Below are positions 1 through 10,065 of a stretch of DNA of 64,000 nucleotides, piece by piece. The notes under the pieces were generated by a model that saw nothing but the letters and a program-made list of their open reading frames with translations, made no database searches and was not told where the DNA came from. Both the position numbers and the translations under genes were made by a program. The DNA is from Fibrobacteria bacterium (lineage in GTDB: Bacteria; Fibrobacterota; Fibrobacteria; UBA11236; JADFYW01), in contig JBNKOC010000012.1 of NCBI GenBank assembly GCA_050294405.1, positions 224,001 to 288,000 on the forward strand, written 5' to 3'. Each line of letters opens with the position of its first letter. Positions within the stretch are counted from its first letter, which is position 1.

Positions 1-414
1 GATTTTGTGGAAACATTTAATGGAGTTTTAGCAGACACCAAGCATTTGAGTGGAAAGCTAAATGGCCTGGTGGATTATGTGGACCCAAAAGTGAGAGAAA
101 GTATCCGCAATCTGGAAAAATTAAGCGAAGAACTGAATACTTTGCTGGCTTCCCAGGAAGAAAGTATCAAAGGCCTTATTCAAAACGGTGAAAATATTTC
201 TGTAAAAGCCGATGAACTTATGGGAAAAGTTTCCGGTCTTACGGATGAAGTTTCGGGAATTGTGCAAAAAATGAACTCTACAGATGGAACCCTGGGCGCC
301 ATGCTCAACGATACGGAATTTTACCGCGATTTAAGATCCACCCTGCAAAGAGCTGATTCCTTGCTGTTTATTATTAAAAAGCAGGGCCTGGATGTGAATG
401 TGGATTTGTTTTAG
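1..414 (+). CDS. MlaD/MCE family protein, C-terminal helical part (5'-truncated by window edge)
   Basis: Helical repeats ending in the 'GTLGAMLNDTEFYRDL...ADSLL' motif typical of FCB-group MlaD C-termini; an mlaE gene lies downstream. Confidence 0.65.
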   Translation, partial: DFVETFNGVLADTKHLSGKLNGLVDYVDPKVRESIRNLEKLSEELNTLLASQEESIKGLIQNGENISVKADELMGKVSGLTDEVSGIVQKMNSTDGTLGAMLNDTEFYRDLRSTLQRADSLLFIIKKQGLDVNVDLF

Positions 415-513
415 CAGTCTTTCTGCTCCAGTAACTTTAATTGAATAAATTTTCTATTAAAAAATGTGCTATTTTTTAATGGTGGGAAAAAATCACTTAT
501 TATTTTTAAAACT

Positions 514-783
514 ATGATAAACAAAACGCTAGTAGTCATAAATGAAATGGGCATCCATGCCCGCCCTGCTGCGGCCATTGTCCGCGTGGCTGGCCAATAT
601 GCCAGCGACATCACCTTTTCCAAAGACGGTGTACGCGCCAATGCCAAAAGTATTTTAAACATCTTAATGTTGGCCGCCGAACCCGGCTGCGAAATTGAAG
701 TGGAAATAGAAGGCCCGGACCAGGATGAAGCCCTGGCAGCTATGGAAAAATTATTTTTGGACAAATTTCACGATGAAGCCTAA
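514..783 (+). CDS. ptsH: Phosphocarrier protein HPr
   Basis: GIHARPAA (His15 site) and NAKSILNIL (Ser46 site); ATG at 514 gives the canonical 89 aa. Confidence 0.95.
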   Translation: MINKTLVVINEMGIHARPAAAIVRVAGQYASDITFSKDGVRANAKSILNILMLAAEPGCEIEVEIEGPDQDEALAAMEKLFLDKFHDEA

Positions 784-2569
784 GTCAAAATCTCCTCATC
801 AGGTTATTAAAGGTCTTGGTGTCTCTCCGGGTTACGGAATCGGCCCGGCGAAAATTATTAGCCCTGAGGAATTAAGCGCACCCCGACGTTATATTGCCCG
901 CAATGCTGTGGATAAGGAAATTACGCGCTTTAAAAGGGCCATTGATAAAGCTACTAAGGAAATCGCCTCGGTAAAACGAAGGATGAAAAAAGTAGTGGGG
1001 GAATATGAGTCTAAAATTTTTGACGCCCATGTTATGATTTTAAACGATCCCGAAATTGTGGATCATGTTATAAAAGATATTCGAACTAATTATCGCAATG
1101 CGGAATTTGCTTATTTAAACCGTATCAATGAATTCGAGGCACGTTTAAAACCGCTTACGGATCAATATTTTCAGGACCGAATTAATGAGGCTAAAAGCGT
1201 AGCCAAAAAGGTAATTGAAATTCTGCAAAAAACCTCTCAGCAACATAGTCTGGTGGCTGAACTGGATACCCCATCCATACATTTTACCCTGGAGATGACT
1301 CCTTTTGCTTTAGGAAAATCCGATAAAAAAAACACCATTGGCTTTGTAACTGAAAAGGGGGGCAACACCTCTCATGTATCTATTTTAGCCCGTTCCATGG
1401 AAGTGCCTGCCATTTCAGGCATTGACTACCAACGTTTTGAAATAAGCGAAGGGGATATGGTTATTTTAGACGGTACTGAAGGCCTTTTAATTATCCAACC
1501 CACTGCCCGGGAAATCGCTGAGTACGAAACTAAAAAGGCCCGCTACTTTGATTTGGAGCGCAAACTTTTTGAAGTGCGCAACCTCGAATCCAAAACAAAG
1601 GATAAAAAATCCATTGAATTGTCCGCTAATATTGAGTTACCAGTGGAGGTGGACAAAGTTCTCCTCTACGGGGGAAGCTCCATTGGACTATACCGCAGCG
1701 AATTTTTGTTTTTAACCCATAAAGAAATTCCCAGCGAAGAGGAACAATACCAAACATACCGCTATATTGGGGACAGAATGAGTCCGGGTTCCGTGGTTAT
1801 CCGCACTTTTGATTCGGGAGGAGATAAGCTCTTTCCCCAGGTTAACTTAAAAGATGAAAGCAACCCTTTTATGGGCTGGCGTTCCATTCGAGTATGCCTG
1901 AAAGAACCCGAAATTTTTAAAACCCAGTTGAGGGCAATACTTAGGGCCAGCTATAATAACAATATCAAGTTGATGTTTCCCATGATAACATCCCTGGATG
2001 AATTACTGGAATCCAAAGCTATTCTAAAAGATGTGCAAAAAGAGTTCGATTCCAACAAGGTGCCTTATAATAAAAATATTAAAGTGGGCTGTATGATTGA
2101 GGTGCCCGCTGCGGTTATGATTGCTGATGAATTGGCAGAGCACTGCGATTTTTTCAGTATGGGAACAAACGATTTGATTCAATTTACCTTGGCTGTAGAT
2201 AGAGGAAATAAAATGGTGGCGGATTTATACGAGCCCCATCATCCAGCTGTATTGCGACTAATTCAAACCACCATTAAAGCCGCCAAGCGGAAAAAAATCC
2301 CCGTTTCCATTTGCGGGGAAATGGCGGGAAATCCCTATTCTGCCCTGCTGTTAATGGGTTTAGGGGTCCAGGAACTCTCCATGCGTCCCAACAGTATTTT
2401 GGAAATGAAAAAGTTCATCCGCTCCCTTTCTTATTCTGAAATTCGCAAGGATGTAGCCGAGGCGCTTTCCATGTCCAATGCCACCCAAATCACGACTTTT
2501 TTGGAAAACCGGTATTCTAAAGTCATTCAATCCATGCAGTTTCCTCCGCACGAACCTTCGTCCCGATAA
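773..2569 (+). CDS. ptsI: PEP-protein phosphotransferase, PTS enzyme I (no GAF domain)
   Basis: GGNTSHVSILARS phospho-His, GLYRSEFLF, DFFSMGTNDLIQF, ICGEMAG; ATG at 773 overlaps the ptsH end. Confidence 0.95.
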   Translation: MKPKSKSPHQVIKGLGVSPGYGIGPAKIISPEELSAPRRYIARNAVDKEITRFKRAIDKATKEIASVKRRMKKVVGEYESKIFDAHVMILNDPEIVDHVIKDIRTNYRNAEFAYLNRINEFEARLKPLTDQYFQDRINEAKSVAKKVIEILQKTSQQHSLVAELDTPSIHFTLEMTPFALGKSDKKNTIGFVTEKGGNTSHVSILARSMEVPAISGIDYQRFEISEGDMVILDGTEGLLIIQPTAREIAEYETKKARYFDLERKLFEVRNLESKTKDKKSIELSANIELPVEVDKVLLYGGSSIGLYRSEFLFLTHKEIPSEEEQYQTYRYIGDRMSPGSVVIRTFDSGGDKLFPQVNLKDESNPFMGWRSIRVCLKEPEIFKTQLRAILRASYNNNIKLMFPMITSLDELLESKAILKDVQKEFDSNKVPYNKNIKVGCMIEVPAAVMIADELAEHCDFFSMGTNDLIQFTLAVDRGNKMVADLYEPHHPAVLRLIQTTIKAAKRKKIPVSICGEMAGNPYSALLLMGLGVQELSMRPNSILEMKKFIRSLSYSEIRKDVAEALSMSNATQITTFLENRYSKVIQSMQFPPHEPSSR

Positions 2570-2653
2570 ATTGGATTGCTGCTGCGCAGCGGGTCCTAAT
2601 TAGATATATTGATAAAAGAAATTAGGGCCTACGCTTTTAACCCGATTGATGCC

Positions 2654-4804
2654 ATGTTATCCAAAAAATCCTTTTTAGTTTTATGTCTCGGCAGCTTTTT
2701 TCTGAATCCATATTTGTTCGCGCAAAAAGCCGAAAAAAACCTGGCCAATTTGCCCTACATTGACCCTTCTATTCCATCTATGGAAACTGAAAATTTTCAC
2801 CAGACATTAAGAAAGGTTAAAAAGGATTTACTTTGGGGAGAAGACTCCAGCGCGCTTCAAACCCTTATTAGTTTGAGCCCAAAAGAACAACTCGCTAGCC
2901 TTTACCAGCATATTATTGCGGCAGATTTAATGAAAAAAATAGGGCAATACAAAAATTCGGACAGCACCCTCCAAGAGGCCCAGAAATTTTCTCAAACGGG
3001 CGATTGGGAAGCATACATATTGTTAAAACGCTATCGTTTGTATTTAAGGGATAGTAGCCTGCAAAAAGAGCCCTTGGAATTATTAGCTTCCCTGTTGAAA
3101 TCCAAACCCGAAGAAGTGGTTCGTATACAAGTGTTGTTTAAAATAATCGATTTGACTTATGACAAAACTAAGCCAGAAGCCTTCGATAAATATTTAGGCG
3201 ATTTACTGGAATTAGATCATATCAATCCTCTGTTGGATTCAGCCTATGACAATTTTTTTTCCCCCATTGATCTGGAAAAATTTTCTTACGACTGTCTGAA
3301 AAATGCAGCTCAATTTAAAACCAAAAAATCAAAATACGCCAAAGCCAGGGATATATTGGAGTTTATGGATAAAAAATTCAAAGACAAAAAATCCCAAAAA
3401 GAAATAGAATGGGCCTTGGCGGATAATTATTACAAGCACGGGCGCTTTAAAAATGCAGCTAAAGCCTACTCCCGCTATGTTAAGAAATATGGGAACTCTT
3501 CCACCGGAATATTGCAAATGGCCCGTTCCTATACGAAAAGCGGGAATATTAAAAAAGGAAAAAAATATTATGATATGTTTACATCAATGTATCCAAAGCA
3601 TCGCAAAACCGAAGAAATTTATTGGGTAAGAGGTTTTGAGGCGGAACAGGATGGGAACTTTTCCAGGGCCGAAGAGTATTACAATAAACTGGTACCCACT
3701 TTTGAAGATGGCAGCCGGGGGAGTTGGGCTTATTTTAGGAGGGGTTTTAGCTTTTACAAAAACAAAGATTTAGCTGCTGCGGAAAAGATGTTTAAAAAAG
3801 GCGCCTCCATTAAGTCCGGAGGACAAGAGGTCGCCGCCTGTTCTTTTTGGTTGGGCTATGTTATTTATCAAAAGGGTTTGAAGGATTCCGCCTTAACTAT
3901 AATGGTAGATACATTTAAAAACAACCCTTTGAATTTTTACGGACATCAGGCGCAGGCCTTTTTAAAAAAAGAAGGAATGTGGAAGTCTGAATTTATGGAG
4001 TTGGCTGATTTTAAAATGCTATCCGAAGACAGTCTTAAAAACTGGATGGCGAAAACTTTTTCCAACTACAGCGAATTTAAAAAGGAGGAATTTGAAAGTA
4101 AGTATTTGTCCATAAAAGATTTGCTGGAATTAGGGCTTGATACCATGGCCATGATTACCTTGGACGCTAAATACAACAGCTATCGAAAAAACCCCTGGTT
4201 TTCCTATACTTATGCAAAGTTGTTTTATCCCTACTGGCCGGGAAGGGCTTATAGAATGGCTCTTAACATCCAGTATCAAATACATTACACAAAATGGGGC
4301 GAAGTGCCGTTAAATGTATTGCGGCAGATCTATCCTCGGCCTTATAGGGAATATGTTTTCAAAAATGCCAAAGATAAAAACCTGGAAGAGAATTTTATTT
4401 ACGCGTTAATGCGCCAGGAATCCGGTTTCGATGAGGATATTCGCAGTTGGGCGGGAGCCATAGGGTTAATGCAAATTATGCCCTATACGGGAAAAGATTT
4501 AGCTAAAAAAGCTAAACTCAAAGATTTTAAACCTTTTGATTTGACTAAGGCAGCTGTAAACGTGTTTTTAGGAACCAATTATCTCATGGACTTAAAATCC
4601 GATTACAACCACAATTTAATGCTGGTTTTGGCCAATTACAATGCGGGTCCGGGCCCTGCCCGACGTTGGGAAAAGGAGCATTCCAAAAAAGAAGTGGAAA
4701 TTTTTGTGGAGGAGGTGAGCTATTGGGAAACCCGCGACTATATTAAAAAGGTAATGGGAAATTTTTGGAATTACGATTTAATTTATGCGGAGGATTCTCC
4801 CTAA
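2654..4804 (+). CDS. TPR-containing soluble lytic transglycosylase (Slt family)
   Basis: Signal peptide, TPR-like helices, C-terminal RQES / GLMQIMP / NYNAGP / ETRDYIKKV motifs. Confidence 0.9.
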   Translation: MLSKKSFLVLCLGSFFLNPYLFAQKAEKNLANLPYIDPSIPSMETENFHQTLRKVKKDLLWGEDSSALQTLISLSPKEQLASLYQHIIAADLMKKIGQYKNSDSTLQEAQKFSQTGDWEAYILLKRYRLYLRDSSLQKEPLELLASLLKSKPEEVVRIQVLFKIIDLTYDKTKPEAFDKYLGDLLELDHINPLLDSAYDNFFSPIDLEKFSYDCLKNAAQFKTKKSKYAKARDILEFMDKKFKDKKSQKEIEWALADNYYKHGRFKNAAKAYSRYVKKYGNSSTGILQMARSYTKSGNIKKGKKYYDMFTSMYPKHRKTEEIYWVRGFEAEQDGNFSRAEEYYNKLVPTFEDGSRGSWAYFRRGFSFYKNKDLAAAEKMFKKGASIKSGGQEVAACSFWLGYVIYQKGLKDSALTIMVDTFKNNPLNFYGHQAQAFLKKEGMWKSEFMELADFKMLSEDSLKNWMAKTFSNYSEFKKEEFESKYLSIKDLLELGLDTMAMITLDAKYNSYRKNPWFSYTYAKLFYPYWPGRAYRMALNIQYQIHYTKWGEVPLNVLRQIYPRPYREYVFKNAKDKNLEENFIYALMRQESGFDEDIRSWAGAIGLMQIMPYTGKDLAKKAKLKDFKPFDLTKAAVNVFLGTNYLMDLKSDYNHNLMLVLANYNAGPGPARRWEKEHSKKEVEIFVEEVSYWETRDYIKKVMGNFWNYDLIYAEDSP

Positions 4805-4812
4805 GCTTTTTT

Positions 4813-5481
4813 ATGCGCCAGGCTGTTTTTTTTGTTTTGCTTTTATTGTCCCAGCAAGTGTTTTCTGAATGCTGGACCATCGCCCGCTTAAAATATCAGG
4901 GCGGAGGTGATTGGTACTCCAATCCCACCAGTTTGCCCAACTTATTCAATCGGCTTAAAAAAGATTTAAAAGCCAACATTTGCCCAAAGGAAGAGACTGT
5001 GGAGCTTTTAGATGCCAAACTTTTTGAGTACCCTATTTTGTACCTTACTGGCCATGGCAAGATTCACTTTTCCGATGAAGAAAGAAAGGAGCTCAAAAAA
5101 TACCTCTATCAGGGGGGGCTTTTAATAGCCGATGATAATTATGGCCTTGACGCTTCTTTCAGGCAGGAAATAAAAGAAATTTGGAAAGACAATAAATTGT
5201 ATGAATTGGGAAAAACTCATCCGGTTTTTAGCGCCCATTATGTTATGAAAAAAGGAATGCCCAAAGTTCACGAACACGACGGCAAACGCCCTCAACTATT
5301 GGCCATTGATGTGGATGGCCGGCCATCCCTTTTGTATAGCTATGAAGCGGATTTGGGCGATGGTTGGGAAAATCAGGATGTGCATAATGTGCCCGAAGCC
5401 ACCCGTGAACTTGCTTTGAAAATGGGCGTTAACATTGTTGCCTGGTACTTGCAAGGCCAGCCAGGCTCTGCAAACCCTTAA
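4813..5481 (+). CDS. DUF4159 domain protein (exported)
   Basis: IARLKYQGGGDWYSNPTSLPNL, YLTGHG, DDNYGLD, DLGDGWE motifs; signal-like N-terminus. Confidence 0.85.
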   Translation: MRQAVFFVLLLLSQQVFSECWTIARLKYQGGGDWYSNPTSLPNLFNRLKKDLKANICPKEETVELLDAKLFEYPILYLTGHGKIHFSDEERKELKKYLYQGGLLIADDNYGLDASFRQEIKEIWKDNKLYELGKTHPVFSAHYVMKKGMPKVHEHDGKRPQLLAIDVDGRPSLLYSYEADLGDGWENQDVHNVPEATRELALKMGVNIVAWYLQGQPGSANP

Positions 5482-5486
5482 CATAT

Positions 5487-8400
5487 ATGTCAGACTCTAA
5501 AATACATCTTCCCATGTATCATAAGGCGGTTGAAAAGCTCGCCCATAAAAGATTGTGGAAAAAAATATTTAGTTTGGCCCTCATTTGTTTTAGCGCCCAT
5601 TGCATATTCTTAAGCGTAACAGGGTTAATTCTCAACGAATTTCCTTTTTCAAAAACAGTTTTACTGGTATCCTGTTTTTCATTTTTAATTTGGGCGATTC
5701 CCTTTTGCGCCTTCCTATGGCAAAAGGCAAAAATAAAAAACAGATATTTGGCCACCGCAAAAGATCTGGACGTTTTAAACCCCCATTTGGACGATGGTTT
5801 CCAGCTCTCTCAATCTTCCCTTAGCGCAGATAATCAGGACAATACTTATTCCAGCCTTACCAAATATTACAGCGAAAAATTTGTGGATGTTCATTGGCCT
5901 AAAGTGAAATTTTCCAGATTGGTTTTGGGCATTTTGTTTCTGGGAGTTGTACTTTGGTCCCTCCCCTTGTTATTTGTTAAAGACAGAGAACTGTACGTTG
6001 CCAATACCGTTTGGCCTTTTCAGCAGCTGCAAAAAATTCCAACCTTGATAATTGAACTGGAATCTGTTCCGCAGACAGTTAAAAAGGGCGAAGATGTGCG
6101 ATTCAGAGGTCTGTTAAAAAACTACTCCAGAGATCAAAATATTTATGCTTATATCTCCCATGGCCATAAAGAATTGAGATATCCTGTTGAGGTAAACAAT
6201 TCCCGTTTTCAATTTTCGAAACAGGCCAACGAAGATTTTCAAATTTTTTTTGCAGGAGAAAACGGCAAAAGTAAATCTTTGAAAATAAGAGCTCTGGAGG
6301 AACCTCGCCTCAGCCAAATTCAATTGACTATTGTGCCTCCCGATTATACGGGCTTAAAGGCGGATAGTTTGCCAGTTGGAATGGTGGAACCCAATGTTTA
6401 TCCTGGCAGCCAAGTTAGCTGGTCTTTAAAAGCAGATAGGGAGCTTTTGGATGCCAGGTTATTAATCTGGTCCATGGAAAAAGACTCCCTTTTAATGGAA
6501 AAGAAACTCGGTGGCGGGCAAATTTTTTCTTTAAATCTTTTAGCTGGGGGCAAAAAGAAAAAGGGCGATTTTATTTTGCCACTTAAATATTCCTTTATCC
6601 TCAGGGATAAGAGCGGAATCGAAAGTGCAAATGCGCAGAATTATGTTATAAATGCCAAAGAGGATACATATCCAGAGCTGGAAATTGTAGAGCCCACTGA
6701 TTTTTTGCTGGAGAATGTAGGAAAAATCCCCCTGGGAATTTCAGCTAAAGATGATTTTAAAATTTCCAGCTTGTACCTGTATTATAAACTCAGCAGTGAT
6801 GGTTATGTAAAAGATTCCAGCAGAATTTCCATTTACCAATGGTTGAAGGCATCTTCGGGGAGCTATGTATTTAAAGAATGGGATGTAGGCTTTTTGGGAA
6901 TTCGTCCTGAAAATGAATTGGAAATTTATTTATTGGGTTGTGATAACGACAATGTATCTGGTCCTAAATGCAGCCGCTCCCCCAAAAAGCAATTTAAATC
7001 TCCTTCCGTGCAGGAAGCCATGGCTTTGGCCGCTAAAAGAGAATCAGAAACCATGTCGCTGATAAAAAGCGCTGTGGAGCGGCAAAAAAATGTGGAGGAA
7101 AAGCAAAAACGGGCCGAGCAAATGGAAAATAAAGATAACTTGCCTGCCGCAAATTTTGAAATCCGACAGATACTGTTGGAAAATCCAAGGAGACTTTTAA
7201 ATCAAGCTGAAAATACTTTGCAGCGCATGAGGAACATGGAACTTAAAGGCTCAAAATCCCAAACTACAAACAGCCAGAAGTTTCGCTCTTTGGAAAAGCA
7301 AATTCAAAAAACAAAGGAGAATTTGCCCAAATCCGATATTATGCAGGCTAAGTCTCCAGAAAAGATGGAAACAGTGGATAGAATAATGAGGGATCAAAAA
7401 AAAATAAAAAAAGAGCTCGAGAGTATTGATACTCAAAAAAAATCTGAAATGGAAATTAGCAAGAATTATCTGGAAGAGAATATTGATAAAGCCTTGGAAA
7501 AGGAAGAGAGCCTAAAGGAATATTTAAAGTCAGAAGAAAATCAAAAGCAACTGGAAGAAAAACTAAAGGAAGAAATGTTAAGCGAACAAAGCGAGGCTGT
7601 TCAGGATGTTATGGAAAGCACTGAAGAACTTCAAAAGATGATCGAACAAAGTTTGAAAAACCCCATGTTTTCCAAGGATTTGCTGGAAAAAATGGAAAAG
7701 GTGCAAGAACTTTTGCGAGAGGCTTTGCCTGACTCTTTAAGAAAGCTAATGGAGAAAAAAATGGAAGGCCAGGAAGTCAATGCTTCCGATTTGAAAAATA
7801 GTTTATCCAAATTAATGGAAAATAAAGATGCCTTTGAGCAGAGCATTGAACGGGCCTTGCGGGCTTTGGAAGACATGAAAAAATTAAGAGAACTCGATAA
7901 TATCCGTCAGGAGTTGCTCCAGGCGAAAAAACGCGAGGAGGAGTTGAAAAATAAGCTGGACAAGGCAAAAGAAAATAAGAGCAATTCCCAGCTAGCTAAC
8001 ATGCAGGAAAGTATTAATAAATCTGTAAATAAAAGCTTAAGCAGTTTAGAAGAAAAAATGAGCAATGCCAAACTTCCACCCTTTTTGAAAAAGGAGATGC
8101 AAAAAAAACTGAAAGAGAAAATGGATAAGTTGAAAGATCAACTGGCAAAAGAAAGAGGCGATAAATCCGAAGCTTCCCAAACCGCTGGAGATGTTGTGAA
8201 AGAACTCTCCCAAATGGCCGAATCCATGACATCAATGATACAAGGAATGGCAGGTCAGCAAGGCCCCTCTGTGGATGTGAAACTTATTGAAAGGCTGACT
8301 AATGAATCCTTAAAACTCTCTGAACTGCAAATGTTAATTGCCTCGGACTACCCTGTGCGAAAAGGGGAAGGGTGGGAGTCTGAAGAAAATCACCTATATT

Positions 8401-9236
8401 ATTCAGCCCATCAAATTGCCAATTGGATATATCAGGAATTGCAAAAATTAAGTGCGGAAGTTCCATTTGTAAGCTCTTACCTGCTAACGCAAAGCCGGAT
8501 ATTATCAGAAAGTCTTAAACAATCTTCCACTAGCAAGTCTTATTTATCTCTTTCCAAAGCAAAAGATTCAAACCAAAAAGTAAGTCGGGAGTTATTAAAA
8601 CTTTTAAAATTAGCCAAATCCATGCCTCCTCCTTCCGGGCAGGGACAAGGCCAAGGAGATCCCCAAAACTCCCAGGGAAACAACCCGGAAGGAGGAAGCG
8701 ATTTATCCACACAACTCAAAGGACTTTCGGGAAAACAAATGGCGGTCAATCAGGCAACTTCTGAATTGCTGAAGTCTTTAATGAAGAGCGCAAAAGGAAA
8801 AGGACAGATGCAAAGCCCTCAGTCTTTGGCCAATAACCAGGGCCAGCTTGGAGAGCAATTGGAAAGCATGGCTGAAGGGGCTGATGAAAAAGGCGGTGCG
8901 GCGAGCAAGCTCAGAAAATTAGCTGAAGAGGCTCGATACATTGAAGGGGAAATGCGAAAGGGAAGGTTAACTCCCGAGCTTAAGGAAAGGCAGGAGCGCT
9001 TTCAATCCCGCTTGCTGGAGGCCTCCAATGCCCTGGAAGAAAGAGGTTTCAGCAATGAAAGAGAAGGAAAATTATCGCGCTTAAAAGAAAAGAATTCTCC
9101 TCAAAATACCAAAGTCTCCCGGGATAAATGGCAGGAATTACTGCTAAAGGAGAAAAAAAGGGCACAAAAAGCTAATATGGAGTCCGAAGATAAAGAAAAA
9201 GTGGATGGATTTTTTGAGATAATGCTTACGCGATAA
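5487..9236 (+). CDS. Large membrane-anchored coiled-coil protein, DUF4175-like
   Basis: N-terminal TM helices, PPDYTG and A-x-DDF Ig-like segments, DNDNVSGPK, long K/E/Q/M coiled coil; adjacent to DUF4159. Confidence 0.65.
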   Translation: MSDSKIHLPMYHKAVEKLAHKRLWKKIFSLALICFSAHCIFLSVTGLILNEFPFSKTVLLVSCFSFLIWAIPFCAFLWQKAKIKNRYLATAKDLDVLNPHLDDGFQLSQSSLSADNQDNTYSSLTKYYSEKFVDVHWPKVKFSRLVLGILFLGVVLWSLPLLFVKDRELYVANTVWPFQQLQKIPTLIIELESVPQTVKKGEDVRFRGLLKNYSRDQNIYAYISHGHKELRYPVEVNNSRFQFSKQANEDFQIFFAGENGKSKSLKIRALEEPRLSQIQLTIVPPDYTGLKADSLPVGMVEPNVYPGSQVSWSLKADRELLDARLLIWSMEKDSLLMEKKLGGGQIFSLNLLAGGKKKKGDFILPLKYSFILRDKSGIESANAQNYVINAKEDTYPELEIVEPTDFLLENVGKIPLGISAKDDFKISSLYLYYKLSSDGYVKDSSRISIYQWLKASSGSYVFKEWDVGFLGIRPENELEIYLLGCDNDNVSGPKCSRSPKKQFKSPSVQEAMALAAKRESETMSLIKSAVERQKNVEEKQKRAEQMENKDNLPAANFEIRQILLENPRRLLNQAENTLQRMRNMELKGSKSQTTNSQKFRSLEKQIQKTKENLPKSDIMQAKSPEKMETVDRIMRDQKKIKKELESIDTQKKSEMEISKNYLEENIDKALEKEESLKEYLKSEENQKQLEEKLKEEMLSEQSEAVQDVMESTEELQKMIEQSLKNPMFSKDLLEKMEKVQELLREALPDSLRKLMEKKMEGQEVNASDLKNSLSKLMENKDAFEQSIERALRALEDMKKLRELDNIRQELLQAKKREEELKNKLDKAKENKSNSQLANMQESINKSVNKSLSSLEEKMSNAKLPPFLKKEMQKKLKEKMDKLKDQLAKERGDKSEASQTAGDVVKELSQMAESMTSMIQGMAGQQGPSVDVKLIERLTNESLKLSELQMLIASDYPVRKGEGWESEENHLYYSAHQIANWIYQELQKLSAEVPFVSSYLLTQSRILSESLKQSSTSKSYLSLSKAKDSNQKVSRELLKLLKLAKSMPPPSGQGQGQGDPQNSQGNNPEGGSDLSTQLKGLSGKQMAVNQATSELLKSLMKSAKGKGQMQSPQSLANNQGQLGEQLESMAEGADEKGGAASKLRKLAEEARYIEGEMRKGRLTPELKERQERFQSRLLEASNALEERGFSNEREGKLSRLKEKNSPQNTKVSRDKWQELLLKEKKRAQKANMESEDKEKVDGFFEIMLTR

Positions 9237-9258
9237 ATTATAATATCATATAAAGGTT

Positions 9259-10065
9259 ATGAATTTGAAATATTTTGTGGTGCTAGACAGGCTGTTGATT
9301 TGGATTGGGAAATTTGTCCACAACTCCATCCAAACATCGCAGGAATATCTCATATTTGTATTCCAGGTGTTTAAACATCTTCCCCAGGTATTTAAAAACT
9401 TCCATTTTACCGTGGAGCAGATGCATATCATTGGCACTACTTCTATCCCCCTTGTTGCCACCACTTCCATTTTTACCGGCGGTGTGGTTGCCATTCAATT
9501 TGTGACTCAATTCGGAGATTACTTACCCCTTCGATATGTTGGCACTGTAGTGGGCAATACGGTTATGGTGGATTTAGGTCCGGTGCTAACAGCTCTTGTG
9601 GTCACAGGTCGGGTAGGGGCGGCTATGGCTGCCGAGCTTGGGACTATGGCGGTAACAGAACAATTGGATGCCATGAGATGTTTAAACTTAAACCCTTTTC
9701 GATTTTTAATGGCGCCGCGATTGGTAGCGGGAATGATTATGTTGCCTGTACTTACCATTTTTTCTTCGTTGGTTGCCATCATGGGAGCTTTGGCCATTTT
9801 GTATATATTAAAAGATGTGCCTCCTGCTATTTTCTTTTCCGGGGTGCGTTTGTTCTATTCGGATTGGGAGCTTTCCGTAGGGCTTATGAAGGCATTTGCC
9901 TTTGGAATTGTAATCACCAGCTTTGGTTGTTTTTTCGGCTATAACAGCACTCACGGAGCAGAAGGAGTGGGCCGAGCGACCCGCGCTTCGGTGGTTGCCT
10001 CAGATATTTCTATCTTGATTACCGGTTATGCGGTATCTTATTTCCTTCTCACAAAACATTTCTAA
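9259..10065 (+). CDS. mlaE: MlaE family lipid ABC transporter permease
   Basis: LGPVLTALVVTGRVGAAMAAELGTMAVTEQLDAM and GAEGVGRAT motifs. Confidence 0.92.
   Translation: MNLKYFVVLDRLLIWIGKFVHNSIQTSQEYLIFVFQVFKHLPQVFKNFHFTVEQMHIIGTTSIPLVATTSIFTGGVVAIQFVTQFGDYLPLRYVGTVVGNTVMVDLGPVLTALVVTGRVGAAMAAELGTMAVTEQLDAMRCLNLNPFRFLMAPRLVAGMIMLPVLTIFSSLVAIMGALAILYILKDVPPAIFFSGVRLFYSDWELSVGLMKAFAFGIVITSFGCFFGYNSTHGAEGVGRATRASVVASDISILITGYAVSYFLLTKHF

Noticed and set aside
2573..2596. GC-rich hairpin (GCTGCGCAGC) between ptsI and slt as a terminator or REP
   Set aside because: Short, no U-tract, and no second copy noticed
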